In this document: in pieces, positions 8,669 to 16,956 of the stretch
Numbering within the stretch: position 1 is the stretch's first letter
Layout: every line of letters begins with the position of its first letter
Source of the DNA: Microcystis aeruginosa NIES-2549
GTDB taxonomy: Bacteria > Cyanobacteriota > Cyanobacteriia > Cyanobacteriales > Microcystaceae
Direction of reading: 5' to 3'
Length of the DNA: 32,000 nt
Assembly: GCF_000981785.2 (NCBI RefSeq)
Contig: NZ_CP011304.1
Coordinates: forward strand, 3,300,001-3,332,000
Made by a program: the position numbers and the translations under genes
Notes under the pieces: model-generated
Told to the model about the DNA's origin: nothing
The model's input: only the letters and a program-made list of their open reading frames with translations
The model's database searches: none

Positions 8669-9221
8669 CACACCCCACACCCTACACCCTCTTTCCAGTC
8701 AGAGGCAATCAGGAAAAATGATAAGTATTTTATATATAAATAGCTTCAATGCTTAAAAATATTTAAATTTACAATCGGTAATATTTATTTTTACCTAAGA
8801 ATTTATTGAGAATAATTTTTATTTATTTACGAGGTTGCAATACTTCCAGCGATTCTGGTACAATTTTCCATTATGCTATGATGGCTCTTATTGTAATTTT
8901 TAGGGTTTTAATGGTCTAGGTTGTCTTAAAACCCTTGCTAAATCTAGACTTTTCCCTTGAGCAAAACCAAACACTTTCGCCAATTATCCCTTTTTTCCCC
9001 AACAACGTTGATCTAATTTTTGTGTAGTTTTGTTGCAAAGTCAAATTTTTTTTGACAAAATGGCTAAATTGTGGTATGGACAAAGTATAACGGGTTGTGG
9101 ATTGACCATACCTGTCACCTTATTTTCAGCGAATTATCAGAAAATTTGCCTACTAGAGTCGCCCTAGCTTGCTTTCTTTTTCTATAATAAGTGTTAATCT
9201 TCCCACACTTGTCAAACGGCT

Positions 9222-11234
9222 ATGAGTCTCTGTCTCAATCCCGATTGTTCGCACCAAAACACCCCCACGGATAAATTCTGTCATAAGTGCGGTTCTCAAT
9301 TACTGCTCAGAGAACGTTATCGAGCGCTAAAATTAATCGGTCAAGGGGGTTTTGGTAAAACATTTCAAGCGATAGATGAGGATAAACCTTCAAAACCCTA
9401 TTGTGTAATTAAACAATTTTTCCCGTCAGCGCAGGGAACAGAAACTTTACAGAAAGCAGCAGAATTATTTAAAGAAGAAGCGATTCGTTTAGATAGTTTG
9501 GGAAGATACCCACAAATCCCCGAACTTTACGCCTATTTTACCGGTAATGGTGGGCGACAATATCTCGTCCAGGAATATATCGAAGGACAAAATCTAGAAC
9601 AAGAATTAAAACAGGAAGGAGTATTTAACGAAGCAAAAATTAAACATCTTTTGTCAGAGATTTTACCGATTCTAGAATTTATTCATAGTAAACAAGTAAT
9701 TCATCGCGACATTAAACCCGAAAATATTATTCGCAGAAAAAGCGATAATAAATTGATTTTAGTGGACTTTGGGGCGGCAAAATTTGTCAGTCCTTTAAAT
9801 CGTTCCATGACGGGAACAATTATCGGTTCTGCTGAATATATTGCCCCTGAACAGGGAAATGGCAAGGCAGTTAATGCCAGTGATTTGTATAGTTTGGGTG
9901 TAACTTGCCTTTATTTATTAACTGGAATATCTCCCTTTGATTTATTCGATGGGGGGGAACACCAATGGGTATGGCGACAGTGGTTGGTTAATAATCCTGT
10001 TAGTAATGAGTTAGGGAATATTCTGGATAAATTAATCGAGTTCGGCACAAAAAAACGCTATCAATCCGCCTCGGAAGTGTTGCAAGCTTTGCAGATAAAA
10101 ACATCAGTCTCTATATCCCAGACAACTATTCAAAAACCCGTTAATCCCATTATTTCCGTTCCCCAAACTCCCCCATCTATCCAGCTTAAAAGTGCCAAAG
10201 GAATCGATTATCGGAACTTAGAAGATTTATTAAAACAAAAGCGATGGAAAGAAGCAGACGAGGAAACTGCGAACTTAGTAAGAAAAGTAACTAATCGTGT
10301 CAAAGACTGGTTAAGAGATGAAGATATACAGAAATTTCCCTGCGAGGATTTGCGAACCATTGACCAATTATGGGTTTATTACAGTAACGGAAAATTTGGT
10401 TTTTCTGTGCAGGGGCAAATCTATCGAGAAATCGGTGGCATGGAAGAATATAATGAAAGAAATTGGGATATTTTTGGCAGTTTGGTAGGCTGGCAAAAAA
10501 ATAATAGTTGGAATTGGCAAGATATTAATTATAGTTGGCAAGCACCTCAAGGTCATTTGCCGCTAATACGCTACGGTTATAAGGGAGAAGGAAGTTATAT
10601 TATCTATCATCTAACCTCAAGAATATTTATTTGTCAGACTTCTAGTCACCAGATTATTAATCAAAAACAACCTGTAGCAACAATTATTCAATCTCCCATT
10701 ATTTCCGTTCCGCAAACTCCCCCATCTATCCAGCTTAAAAGTGCGGAAGGAATCGATTATCGGAACTTAGAGGATTTATTAAAACGGCAGCAATGGAAAG
10801 AAGCGGACCAGGAAACCGAGAGAGTGATGCTACAGACTGCCAACCGCACAAAAGAGAGATGGCTGAGAAAGGAGGATATCGATAAGTTACCCTGCGAAGA
10901 TTTGCGAACAATTGACCAATTATGGGTGAAATATAGTAACGGAAAATTTGGCTTTTCTGTGCAAGCGAAAATCTATCACGACCTCGGCGGGACGCAGGAG
11001 TATAATGATAAAATCTGGAACGGTTTCGGGGATAAAATCGGCTGGCGGATAAATAACAGCTGGATAGAGTATAAAGATGTTATTTTTGATTTCAAAGCAC
11101 TGCAAGGACATCTTCCTGCTGATGTTCCGATATGGCGGTGTGGAAATTGGCATGACCCGATTTGGTGGAGTTCTTTTCCAGCTATCAAGCGTGGAATCAA
11201 TCTCTTCTCTCGCGTCGAGACTTGTAAAATGTAA
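9222..11234 (+). CDS. Ser/Thr protein kinase with an N-terminal zinc ribbon and two tandem C-terminal GUN4 domains
   Basis: 670 aa. CLNPDCSHQN...CHKCGS zinc ribbon. Hanks kinase motifs GQGGFGKT, VIK, HRDIKPEN, DFG, APE. Two copies of a ~180-aa module carry the GUN4 hallmarks (WKEAD.ET, PCEDLRTIDQLWV.YSNGKFGFSVQ, GW, QGHLP). Confidence 0.88.
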   Translation: MSLCLNPDCSHQNTPTDKFCHKCGSQLLLRERYRALKLIGQGGFGKTFQAIDEDKPSKPYCVIKQFFPSAQGTETLQKAAELFKEEAIRLDSLGRYPQIPELYAYFTGNGGRQYLVQEYIEGQNLEQELKQEGVFNEAKIKHLLSEILPILEFIHSKQVIHRDIKPENIIRRKSDNKLILVDFGAAKFVSPLNRSMTGTIIGSAEYIAPEQGNGKAVNASDLYSLGVTCLYLLTGISPFDLFDGGEHQWVWRQWLVNNPVSNELGNILDKLIEFGTKKRYQSASEVLQALQIKTSVSISQTTIQKPVNPIISVPQTPPSIQLKSAKGIDYRNLEDLLKQKRWKEADEETANLVRKVTNRVKDWLRDEDIQKFPCEDLRTIDQLWVYYSNGKFGFSVQGQIYREIGGMEEYNERNWDIFGSLVGWQKNNSWNWQDINYSWQAPQGHLPLIRYGYKGEGSYIIYHLTSRIFICQTSSHQIINQKQPVATIIQSPIISVPQTPPSIQLKSAEGIDYRNLEDLLKRQQWKEADQETERVMLQTANRTKERWLRKEDIDKLPCEDLRTIDQLWVKYSNGKFGFSVQAKIYHDLGGTQEYNDKIWNGFGDKIGWRINNSWIEYKDVIFDFKALQGHLPADVPIWRCGNWHDPIWWSSFPAIKRGINLFSRVETCKM

Positions 11235-11285
11235 CATATAAAGGTAACAGCCAATTTTTAAGAATTGTATCGGAGGGAAAACCAA

Positions 11286-11495
11286 ATGCTAGAAATTACC
11301 AAAAACTATGTATTAGACGAGGATCAAAAGCTGATTGCCGTTAAGATTCTCATTGCCGAATTTGAAAAAATTGCATAAATCCTAGAGGATTACGGACTAG
11401 GAAAACTCATCGAAAAAGTTGAAAATGATCAAAGGATTCAGTATGATAGCTCTTTATTGCTAACTGGACCGACGATGATCTATTCTGGATCCTAG
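11286..11495 (+). pseudogene. antitoxin-like small ORF interrupted by an in-frame TAA (orphan, with no adjacent toxin)
   Basis: ATG 11286 gives MLEITKNYVLDEDQKLIAVKILIAEFEKIA, then TAA (11376..11378). The same frame continues ILEDYGLGKLIEKVENDQRIQYDSS... to TAG 11493..11495. The pattern (NYVLDE...IAV.I.I.EFEKI..ILEDYGL.KLIE) resembles small cyanobacterial type II antitoxin-like proteins, as I recall them. Confidence 0.45.
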
Positions 11496-11530
11496 CCTGA
11501 CTTGCCAATCCCCACCGCCAAAAAAGAATA

Positions 11531-13042
11531 ATGTACTGCGATTACCTGGTTCAAATCCTCACCGCACGCGTCTACGATGTCGCCCAAGAAACCCCCTTGG
11601 AATTTGCCCCCAATCTCTCCCAACGCTTGCACAATCAGCTGTTACTCAAGCGTGAGGATATGCAGTCAGTTTTCTCTTTTAAACTGCGCGGCGCATACAA
11701 CAAAATGGCGTATTTGTCAAGGGATTTGTTACAAAAAGGTGTAATTGCTGCCTCGGCGGGAAATCATGCTCAGGGAGTCGCTTTGGGAGCGCGGCAATTG
11801 GGAACCCAAGCGATTATCGTTATGCCTGTCACCACTCCCCAAGTCAAAATCGACGCGGTAAAAGCCCGGGGGGGAATTGTCGTCCTGCACGGTGACACCT
11901 ACGATGATTCATACACCTACGCGCGGCAGTTAGAAGCGGAAAAAGGCTTAACTTTTATCCATCCCTTCGATGATCCAGAGGTAATCGCCGGCCAAGGTAC
12001 GATCGGTATGGAAATTTTACGACAATATCAGCAACCGATCGAGGCGATTTTTGTCGCTATTGGCGGCGGTGGCTTAATATCAGGTATTGCAGCCTATGTC
12101 AAGCGTTTACGCCCAGAAATTAAAATTATCGGGGTAGAACCTGTGGACTCAGACGCGATGAATCAATCCCTAAAAGCCGGTTATCGGGTGCGTTTGTCTC
12201 AAGTGGGATTATTTGCCGATGGGGTAGCGGTGCGCGAGGTGGGAGAGGAGACTTTTCGTCTCTGTCAGCAGTATGTGGATGAGATTATCCTCGTGGATAC
12301 GGATGATATTTGTGCGGCGATTAAGGATGTTTTTCAAGATACACGCTCGATTTTAGAACCTGCGGGGGCGTTAGCGGTAGCAGGAGCGAAAGCTTATGTA
12401 GAAAGAGAAGGAATTGAGGATAAAACCCTCGTTGCTGTGGCTTGTGGGGCGAATATGAACTTTGATCGTCTGCGGTTTGTGGCGGAAAGGGCCGAATTAG
12501 GGGAACGGCGCGAGGCGTTGTATGCTGTTACTATTCCCGAACAACCGGGCAGTTTACGGCGTTTTTGCGAATGTGTCGGCAAACGCAATTTAACCGAATT
12601 TAGTTATCGTATTGCCGATGAAAAAGAAGCGCATATTTTTGTCGGCGCCCAGATCGAAAATCGCAGCGATGCCAAGAAATTAGCCGAGAGTTTTGAAGCT
12701 TGTGGCTTTAAAACCCTCGATATTAGTGATGATGAATTGACTAAATTGCATCTGCGCCACATGGTGGGAGGGCGATCGCATTTAGCCGATTATGAATTAT
12801 TTTATCGCTTCGAGTTTCCCGAACGACCGGGGGCTTTAATGAAATTTGTCGCCTCCATGAGTCCCCACTGGAATATCAGCGTTTTCCATTATCGCAATAA
12901 CGGGGCCGATTATGGGCGCATCGTCGTGGGCATACAGGTCCCCCCCGATGAAATGAATCAATGGCAAGCTTTTCTCGATACTCTCGGCTATCGCTATTGG
13001 GATGAAAGTCAAAATCCGGCCTATCAGTTATTTTTAGGTTAA
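11531..13042 (+). CDS. ilvA: biosynthetic threonine ammonia-lyase (threonine dehydratase)
   Basis: 503 aa. PLP-lysine context SFKLRGAYNKM, glycine loop GGGGLISG, and two C-terminal ACT-like regulatory repeats typical of biosynthetic IlvA. Confidence 0.93.
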   Translation: MYCDYLVQILTARVYDVAQETPLEFAPNLSQRLHNQLLLKREDMQSVFSFKLRGAYNKMAYLSRDLLQKGVIAASAGNHAQGVALGARQLGTQAIIVMPVTTPQVKIDAVKARGGIVVLHGDTYDDSYTYARQLEAEKGLTFIHPFDDPEVIAGQGTIGMEILRQYQQPIEAIFVAIGGGGLISGIAAYVKRLRPEIKIIGVEPVDSDAMNQSLKAGYRVRLSQVGLFADGVAVREVGEETFRLCQQYVDEIILVDTDDICAAIKDVFQDTRSILEPAGALAVAGAKAYVEREGIEDKTLVAVACGANMNFDRLRFVAERAELGERREALYAVTIPEQPGSLRRFCECVGKRNLTEFSYRIADEKEAHIFVGAQIENRSDAKKLAESFEACGFKTLDISDDELTKLHLRHMVGGRSHLADYELFYRFEFPERPGALMKFVASMSPHWNISVFHYRNNGADYGRIVVGIQVPPDEMNQWQAFLDTLGYRYWDESQNPAYQLFLG

Positions 13043-13072
13043 ATCGCCATTTTCAGGAAGTTATCAGTACAG

Positions 13073-13945
13073 ATGAATCAAGATTTTCCCCATATTTCCG
13101 TTTTGAGTCAAGAATTAATCGCCGGTTTAAATATTCAACCCGGGGGGCATTATCTCGATCTTACCCTAGGGGGTGGTGGACACAGCCGCTTGCTTTTAGA
13201 AGCTCATCCCGAAACGAAAGTAACCGCCATCGATCGCGATCAAAGCGCCCTAGAAGCCGCTAAAATTAGTCTTGGCCCCTATCTAGATAGCCGTTTAACC
13301 CTCTGGTGGGGGAACTTCGCCGATTATAATGGACAAAATAGCAGTTTTGATGGCATTATCGCCGATTTAGGGGTCAGTTCTCCCCAATTCGATCAGAGCG
13401 AGCGCGGCTTTAGTTTTCGCCACACGGCAGCCTTAGATATGCGGATGGATCGCTGTCAATCCCTGACGGCAGCCGATATTATTAACCATTGGCAGGAAAA
13501 AGAATTAGCGGATCTTTTTTATCAATACGGAGAAGAACGTTTATCTCGTCCTATTGCTCGTTCTATCGTCCAAAAACGTCCTTTTACTACCACTACAGAA
13601 TTAGCGGCTGTCATCGCTAGTTCTGTCCCCGCTAGTTACCGTTATGGACGTATTCATCCGGCAACGCGGGTTTTTCAATCCCTACGCATCGCTGTTAATC
13701 AAGAATTAGATTCTCTGCAAAAATTGTTAAATCAAGCCCCCCACTGGCTAAAATCCGGGGGAATTATCGCTATGATCAGTTTTCATAGTCTAGAAGATCG
13801 TCTGATCAAGTATGGCTTTCGCGAAGATAATTCCTTGAAAATTATCACGAAAAAGCCAATTATTCCCAGCCGAGAAGAACAGGCTAAAAATCCCCGTTCT
13901 CGTTCGGCTAAACTAAGAATAGCCCAAAAGATAAGCTGTTCTTAA
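13073..13945 (+). CDS. rsmH: 16S rRNA (cytosine1402-N4)-methyltransferase RsmH/MraW
   Basis: 290 aa. HISVL...[34 protein letters not shown] and RSRSAKLR motifs are all characteristic of RsmH. Confidence 0.93.
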   Translation: MNQDFPHISVLSQELIAGLNIQPGGHYLDLTLGGGGHSRLLLEAHPETKVTAIDRDQSALEAAKISLGPYLDSRLTLWWGNFADYNGQNSSFDGIIADLGVSSPQFDQSERGFSFRHTAALDMRMDRCQSLTAADIINHWQEKELADLFYQYGEERLSRPIARSIVQKRPFTTTTELAAVIASSVPASYRYGRIHPATRVFQSLRIAVNQELDSLQKLLNQAPHWLKSGGIIAMISFHSLEDRLIKYGFREDNSLKIITKKPIIPSREEQAKNPRSRSAKLRIAQKISCS

Positions 13946-13990
13946 TTTAAATTGCTTATTGAGATGAGGCAAAAGGCAACAGGCAAGAGG

Positions 13991-14033
13991 CAAAAGGGAG
14001 AATAAATAATCAGTTTTTAATAACCGGATTTAG
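13991..14033 (+). repeat. about 43-nt dispersed repeat (CAAAAGGGAGAATAAATAATCAGT.TTTAATAACC.GATTTA), copy 1
   Basis: The reverse complement of 20573..20615 matches with only a few mismatches. A partial third copy lies at about 1587..1615. Confidence 0.6.
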
Positions 14034-14085
14034 TCTGAGCTTAAAGTAAAAACCAAGAAAGAAAGCCGGTATTTATTCTTGAAAA

Positions 14086-15252
14086 TCATTGACTAAAATA
14101 ACGCAGTCCTTTTACCAATCTTTCTACTGCCGTTAAAGCCGTTTCTGGAGATAAAGCACCGTAGGCAAGACGCAAATAACAGCCTTCTGTTATCCCAAAA
14201 GTTGAACCGGGTAACACCGCCACCCGCTGCTGCTCAATTAAAGTTTTAACTAACTGAAAATCATTCTTGTCTGTAGGAATTTTCAGGAAGAAATAAAAAG
14301 CCCCTTCCGCAGTGGCAACATCACAGATATCGCCGATTGATTCTAAAGCATTCAGGCAAATTTCTCTAACTTTACTGATGGTTTTTAACTGTTCTAAAGG
14401 ATAGCTTTTACCCACCTGTAATGCCCCTAGGGCCGCGTATTGCGACACCACAGGCGGACAAATTAAAATAGTATCCTGAATCTTATTAATCGCCTCAGAT
14501 AAATGTTCTGGTACTACCATATAACCAATGCGCCAACTGGCAAAACCGTAGGCTTTTGAGAGACTAAATAAGGAAATAGTCCAGGATTCACTACCAACAA
14601 TTGCCGCCGGAGAAAAGTGGCGAGCATGGTTATAGGTAAAATACTCATAAGCTTCATCGTGAATGTGATAGATGCCCTTTTTTTGACAGATTCGATTGAC
14701 TTCTCTTAGGGTATTTTCTGGATAAACTACTCCCGTGGGATTATTAGGAGAAATCGTCACCACTGCCTTAGTTTTTTCCGTGATTGCCTCTTCAATGGCA
14801 GCTGGACGCAATTGATAATTTTTGTCTGTGGCGACCAAAATTACTTGACAATCAGCCATTTTTATGACCATTTCATGATTGAAATAAAAGGGAGTGTTGA
14901 GAATAATTTCATCCCCCGGGGAAGTAATGGCTAAAATGGCATTCATAAAAGCCATATTACTGCCCGCCGTCACAAAAATTGCCTGTTTATCGCTGATTTC
15001 TATCCGATTATCTTCGGCTAGTTTTTGCCGAATTACTGCTAATAAGGGGGGAATTCCCGCCACAGATTGATATTGATGATTTTTGGGATTAGCTAAGAAT
15101 AAAGATAGAGATTCGAGCGCTTCCTGGGGTGGATAATAGGAAACAACACCTTGACCGAGGGAAATAGTGCCGGGGTTCGCTTTAATTAATTGACCGACCA
15201 CGGGAATAATTGGTGTTTGTACCCCGTCCATGCGAGAGAGAAGGTTTTTCAT
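14086..15252 (-). CDS. pyridoxal-phosphate-dependent aminotransferase (class I/II, AspC-like)
   Basis: 388 aa. NPTG, an HIHDEAY-type motif, and PLP-lysine context SLSKAYGFASWRIGY. The start overlaps the FHA gene stop by 1 nt (TGATG). Confidence 0.88.
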   Translation of the reverse strand: MKNLLSRMDGVQTPIIPVVGQLIKANPGTISLGQGVVSYYPPQEALESLSLFLANPKNHQYQSVAGIPPLLAVIRQKLAEDNRIEISDKQAIFVTAGSNMAFMNAILAITSPGDEIILNTPFYFNHEMVIKMADCQVILVATDKNYQLRPAAIEEAITEKTKAVVTISPNNPTGVVYPENTLREVNRICQKKGIYHIHDEAYEYFTYNHARHFSPAAIVGSESWTISLFSLSKAYGFASWRIGYMVVPEHLSEAINKIQDTILICPPVVSQYAALGALQVGKSYPLEQLKTISKVREICLNALESIGDICDVATAEGAFYFFLKIPTDKNDFQLVKTLIEQQRVAVLPGSTFGITEGCYLRLAYGALSPETALTAVERLVKGLRYFSQ

Positions 15253-15620
15253 CAGTTGGCAAGAGATTTGAAGGTATATTGGGGAGGATGGGCTGATTCA
15301 ATCTCAAACAAAAGATTAATCGCCCGGTAATATCCCAAAGTAATCCTATCGCCACTTTTCAGCTTTTTGCGTCCCGATTGCAGATTTTCCCCATTAAGAT
15401 AAGTGCCGTTAAGACTGCCGGCATCTTCTAGATAAAAACCGTCTTTTTCTACATAAATAATCGCATGGACGCGGGAAACTATTTCCGCATCGGGAAGATG
15501 GGAAAGATCTAAATCTACCGTCACTTTCGGATTGACCTTTCCCAGATAAAAACGGTTTTTCCGTCCCGAAATTTCCAAGAGAGTCCCCGTTTCTTCGTGG
15601 AGGAGAAAAGCCTTAGACAC
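15252..15620 (-). CDS. FHA-domain protein (start uncertain: the longest ORF reaches 15707 but overlaps the tmRNA 3' end)
   Basis: FHA signature: FYLGK...DLDLS...VSRVHAII......FYLEDAGSLNGTYLNGENL...L..GDRITLG. The track ORF's first 18 codons (15707..15654) lie inside the tmRNA acceptor/T-arm. The next in-frame start is GTG at 15620..15618. Confidence 0.7.
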   Translation of the reverse strand: MSKAFLLHEETGTLLEISGRKNRFYLGKVNPKVTVDLDLSHLPDAEIVSRVHAIIYVEKDGFYLEDAGSLNGTYLNGENLQSGRKKLKSGDRITLGYYRAINLLFEIESAHPPQYTFKSLAN

Positions 15621-15652
15621 TTTTTTTAAGGGTTTTTTATTAAAGTAATCAA

Positions 15653-16040
15653 TGGAGCCGAGCAGAGTCGAACTGCTGTCCAAATTAGGTATTGACTGTC
15701 CGTTCATTCACAGGTTTAGTTTCGATTACCCTCGAAACGGGGACTGTCACTTATCCCGGACAGTGGGATGCTCTAGTTAAAGCTTAGACGGTTAACTAAC
15801 TAGAGAAAGTTAAACGTGGCATCCGTTGGGGGTTTATCCATAGTCCTTAACGGAGTCAAACCATGAATGCTCGAGTCGATTAGAGACTATTAGGCAGCTA
15901 CAGGAGCGGCTTTACGAGCGAAAGGAACGATGTTGTTCGCATTTACTTTTTGTTTGAGCCTTTGATTTACGAGAGGAGACTCACTCTCGACCTGTATCAC
16001 GGGGGAGCTTTCGCTAACCTGTCGAAACCGTTACGGCCCC
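15653..16040 (-). ncRNA. ssrA: tmRNA (SsrA), one-piece; tag peptide ANNIVPFARKAAPVAA
   Basis: The minus strand reads 5'-GGGGCCGTAACGGTTTCGACAGGTTAGCGAAAGCTCCCC...GGACAGCAGTTCGACTCTGCTCGGCTCCA-3'. The 7-bp acceptor stem has a G3:U70 alanine identity pair and a T-arm (GTTCGACTC). The internal tag ORF GCG AAC AAC ATC GTT CCT TTC GCT CGT AAA GCC GCT CCT GTA GCT GCC TAA TAG lies at 15940..15893, with the stop at 15892..15890. It is closely similar to the Synechocystis tmRNA as I recall it. CCA is not encoded. Confidence 0.93.
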
Positions 16041-16056
16041 TTGTGCTTACATTCTG

Positions 16057-16062
16057 ATTATA
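16057..16062 (-). promoter_or_regulatory. candidate -10 box (TATAAT) for ssrA
   Basis: The minus strand reads ...tgcTATAATcagaatgtaagcacaagGGGGCC. The box sits 16 nt upstream of the mature 5' end, consistent with a short RNase P-processed leader. Confidence 0.5.
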
Positions 16063-16255
16063 GCATATTTTTTGATTAAGCTAATTGTGGCTCAATTGAG
16101 ATTTTTCCGAGCTTCCCAGTCTTCAGAGCCAGTCCAGATGGGAAAAAAGGTTTTTATCGCTGATTTTTGGGAAAATTATCCTATATTTGCCCTCGATTAG
16201 TATCACCAGAGACTAAACAATTAATTGAGCAGCTATTGCTCCACTGCGATAACCT

Positions 16256-16300
16256 GAGTTCGGAATCAGGGAAAACTGCAAAATTTCCCTAACCCGAACT
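16256..16300 (-). terminator. long imperfect hairpin just downstream of the 16309..16773 gene
   Basis: GAGTTCGG-AAT-CAGGGAAA-actgcaaaa-TTTCCCT-AA-CCCGAACT, read directly. It starts 9 nt after the stop codon. There is no clear U-tract, so the terminator function is tentative. Confidence 0.4.
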
Positions 16301-16308
16301 AACCTTGA

Positions 16309-16773
16309 TTACAAAACCTTATGGGTGTGAGAATGTTGTTTGACGTTATCCTCCGTCCGCACCACATGAACAGCATTCAAGATGCGTTTTTTCTCTAGGG
16401 AAAAGTTTAAATCGTCTTTTTGGCCGCCCAAGGGGATTAACCCTTGTAGGTGGGGTTGATTTTTGTAGGTGCGAGTGGCTGCAATCGCCCTTTCGACAAA
16501 ATTCTCGCATAATTGGGTATTATCGGGAAAATTACTGGGTATTTGAGGATTATCGTCCTGAAATACCTCTCCCAAAGCCATGGCGCGGGCAAATTCGTAG
16601 GAAGTGGGAATTCCTTTGACAATTGCCTCTAGGGCTGCCGAGGGAATCGGTTCTAACACCGCCACTTTTTCTAATTCTCCCTCCCGTTTAAGAAAACAAA
16701 TCGCTAAACCGAATACACAATAATCATCTTTTGTCAAGTCAGAAATGTTTAAGAATTGTGTCGCTGTGGCCAT
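16309..16773 (-). CDS. conserved hypothetical protein
   Basis: 154-aa ORF with coding-like composition and no overlap with neighbours. I recognise no motif with confidence. Confidence 0.6.
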   Translation of the reverse strand: MATATQFLNISDLTKDDYCVFGLAICFLKREGELEKVAVLEPIPSAALEAIVKGIPTSYEFARAMALGEVFQDDNPQIPSNFPDNTQLCENFVERAIAATRTYKNQPHLQGLIPLGGQKDDLNFSLEKKRILNAVHVVRTEDNVKQHSHTHKVL

Positions 16774-16956
16774 TATTTTGATCCTGAGTCGCTCTTTCTT
16801 TAATCTTGCGGGTGATCAGCGATCGAATCAAGGTTTTTATTAAGAGATATGAAGGAGAAAAATTTAGCAGGGTTGGGCGGCGCTAACGCCCCCAAGACGC
16901 AAAAAACTGAGAACTGTTAGACTAGAAACCAGCAGATTAACTGATAAACGAGCTTT

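Noticed and set aside
10368-11285. Minus-strand ORFs antisense to the GUN4 modules (10368..10556, 10920..11285, 10976..11254)
   Set aside because: They are shadow ORFs opposite a well-supported kinase CDS. Two of them share similar sequence (both end KFSVT...) simply because they mirror the internal duplication.
15653-15730. tRNA-like T-arm and acceptor sequence, suggesting a tRNA gene
   Set aside because: It is the 3' tRNA-like domain of the tmRNA. The matching 5' acceptor strand lies about 380 nt away at 16034..16040 and there is no anticodon arm.
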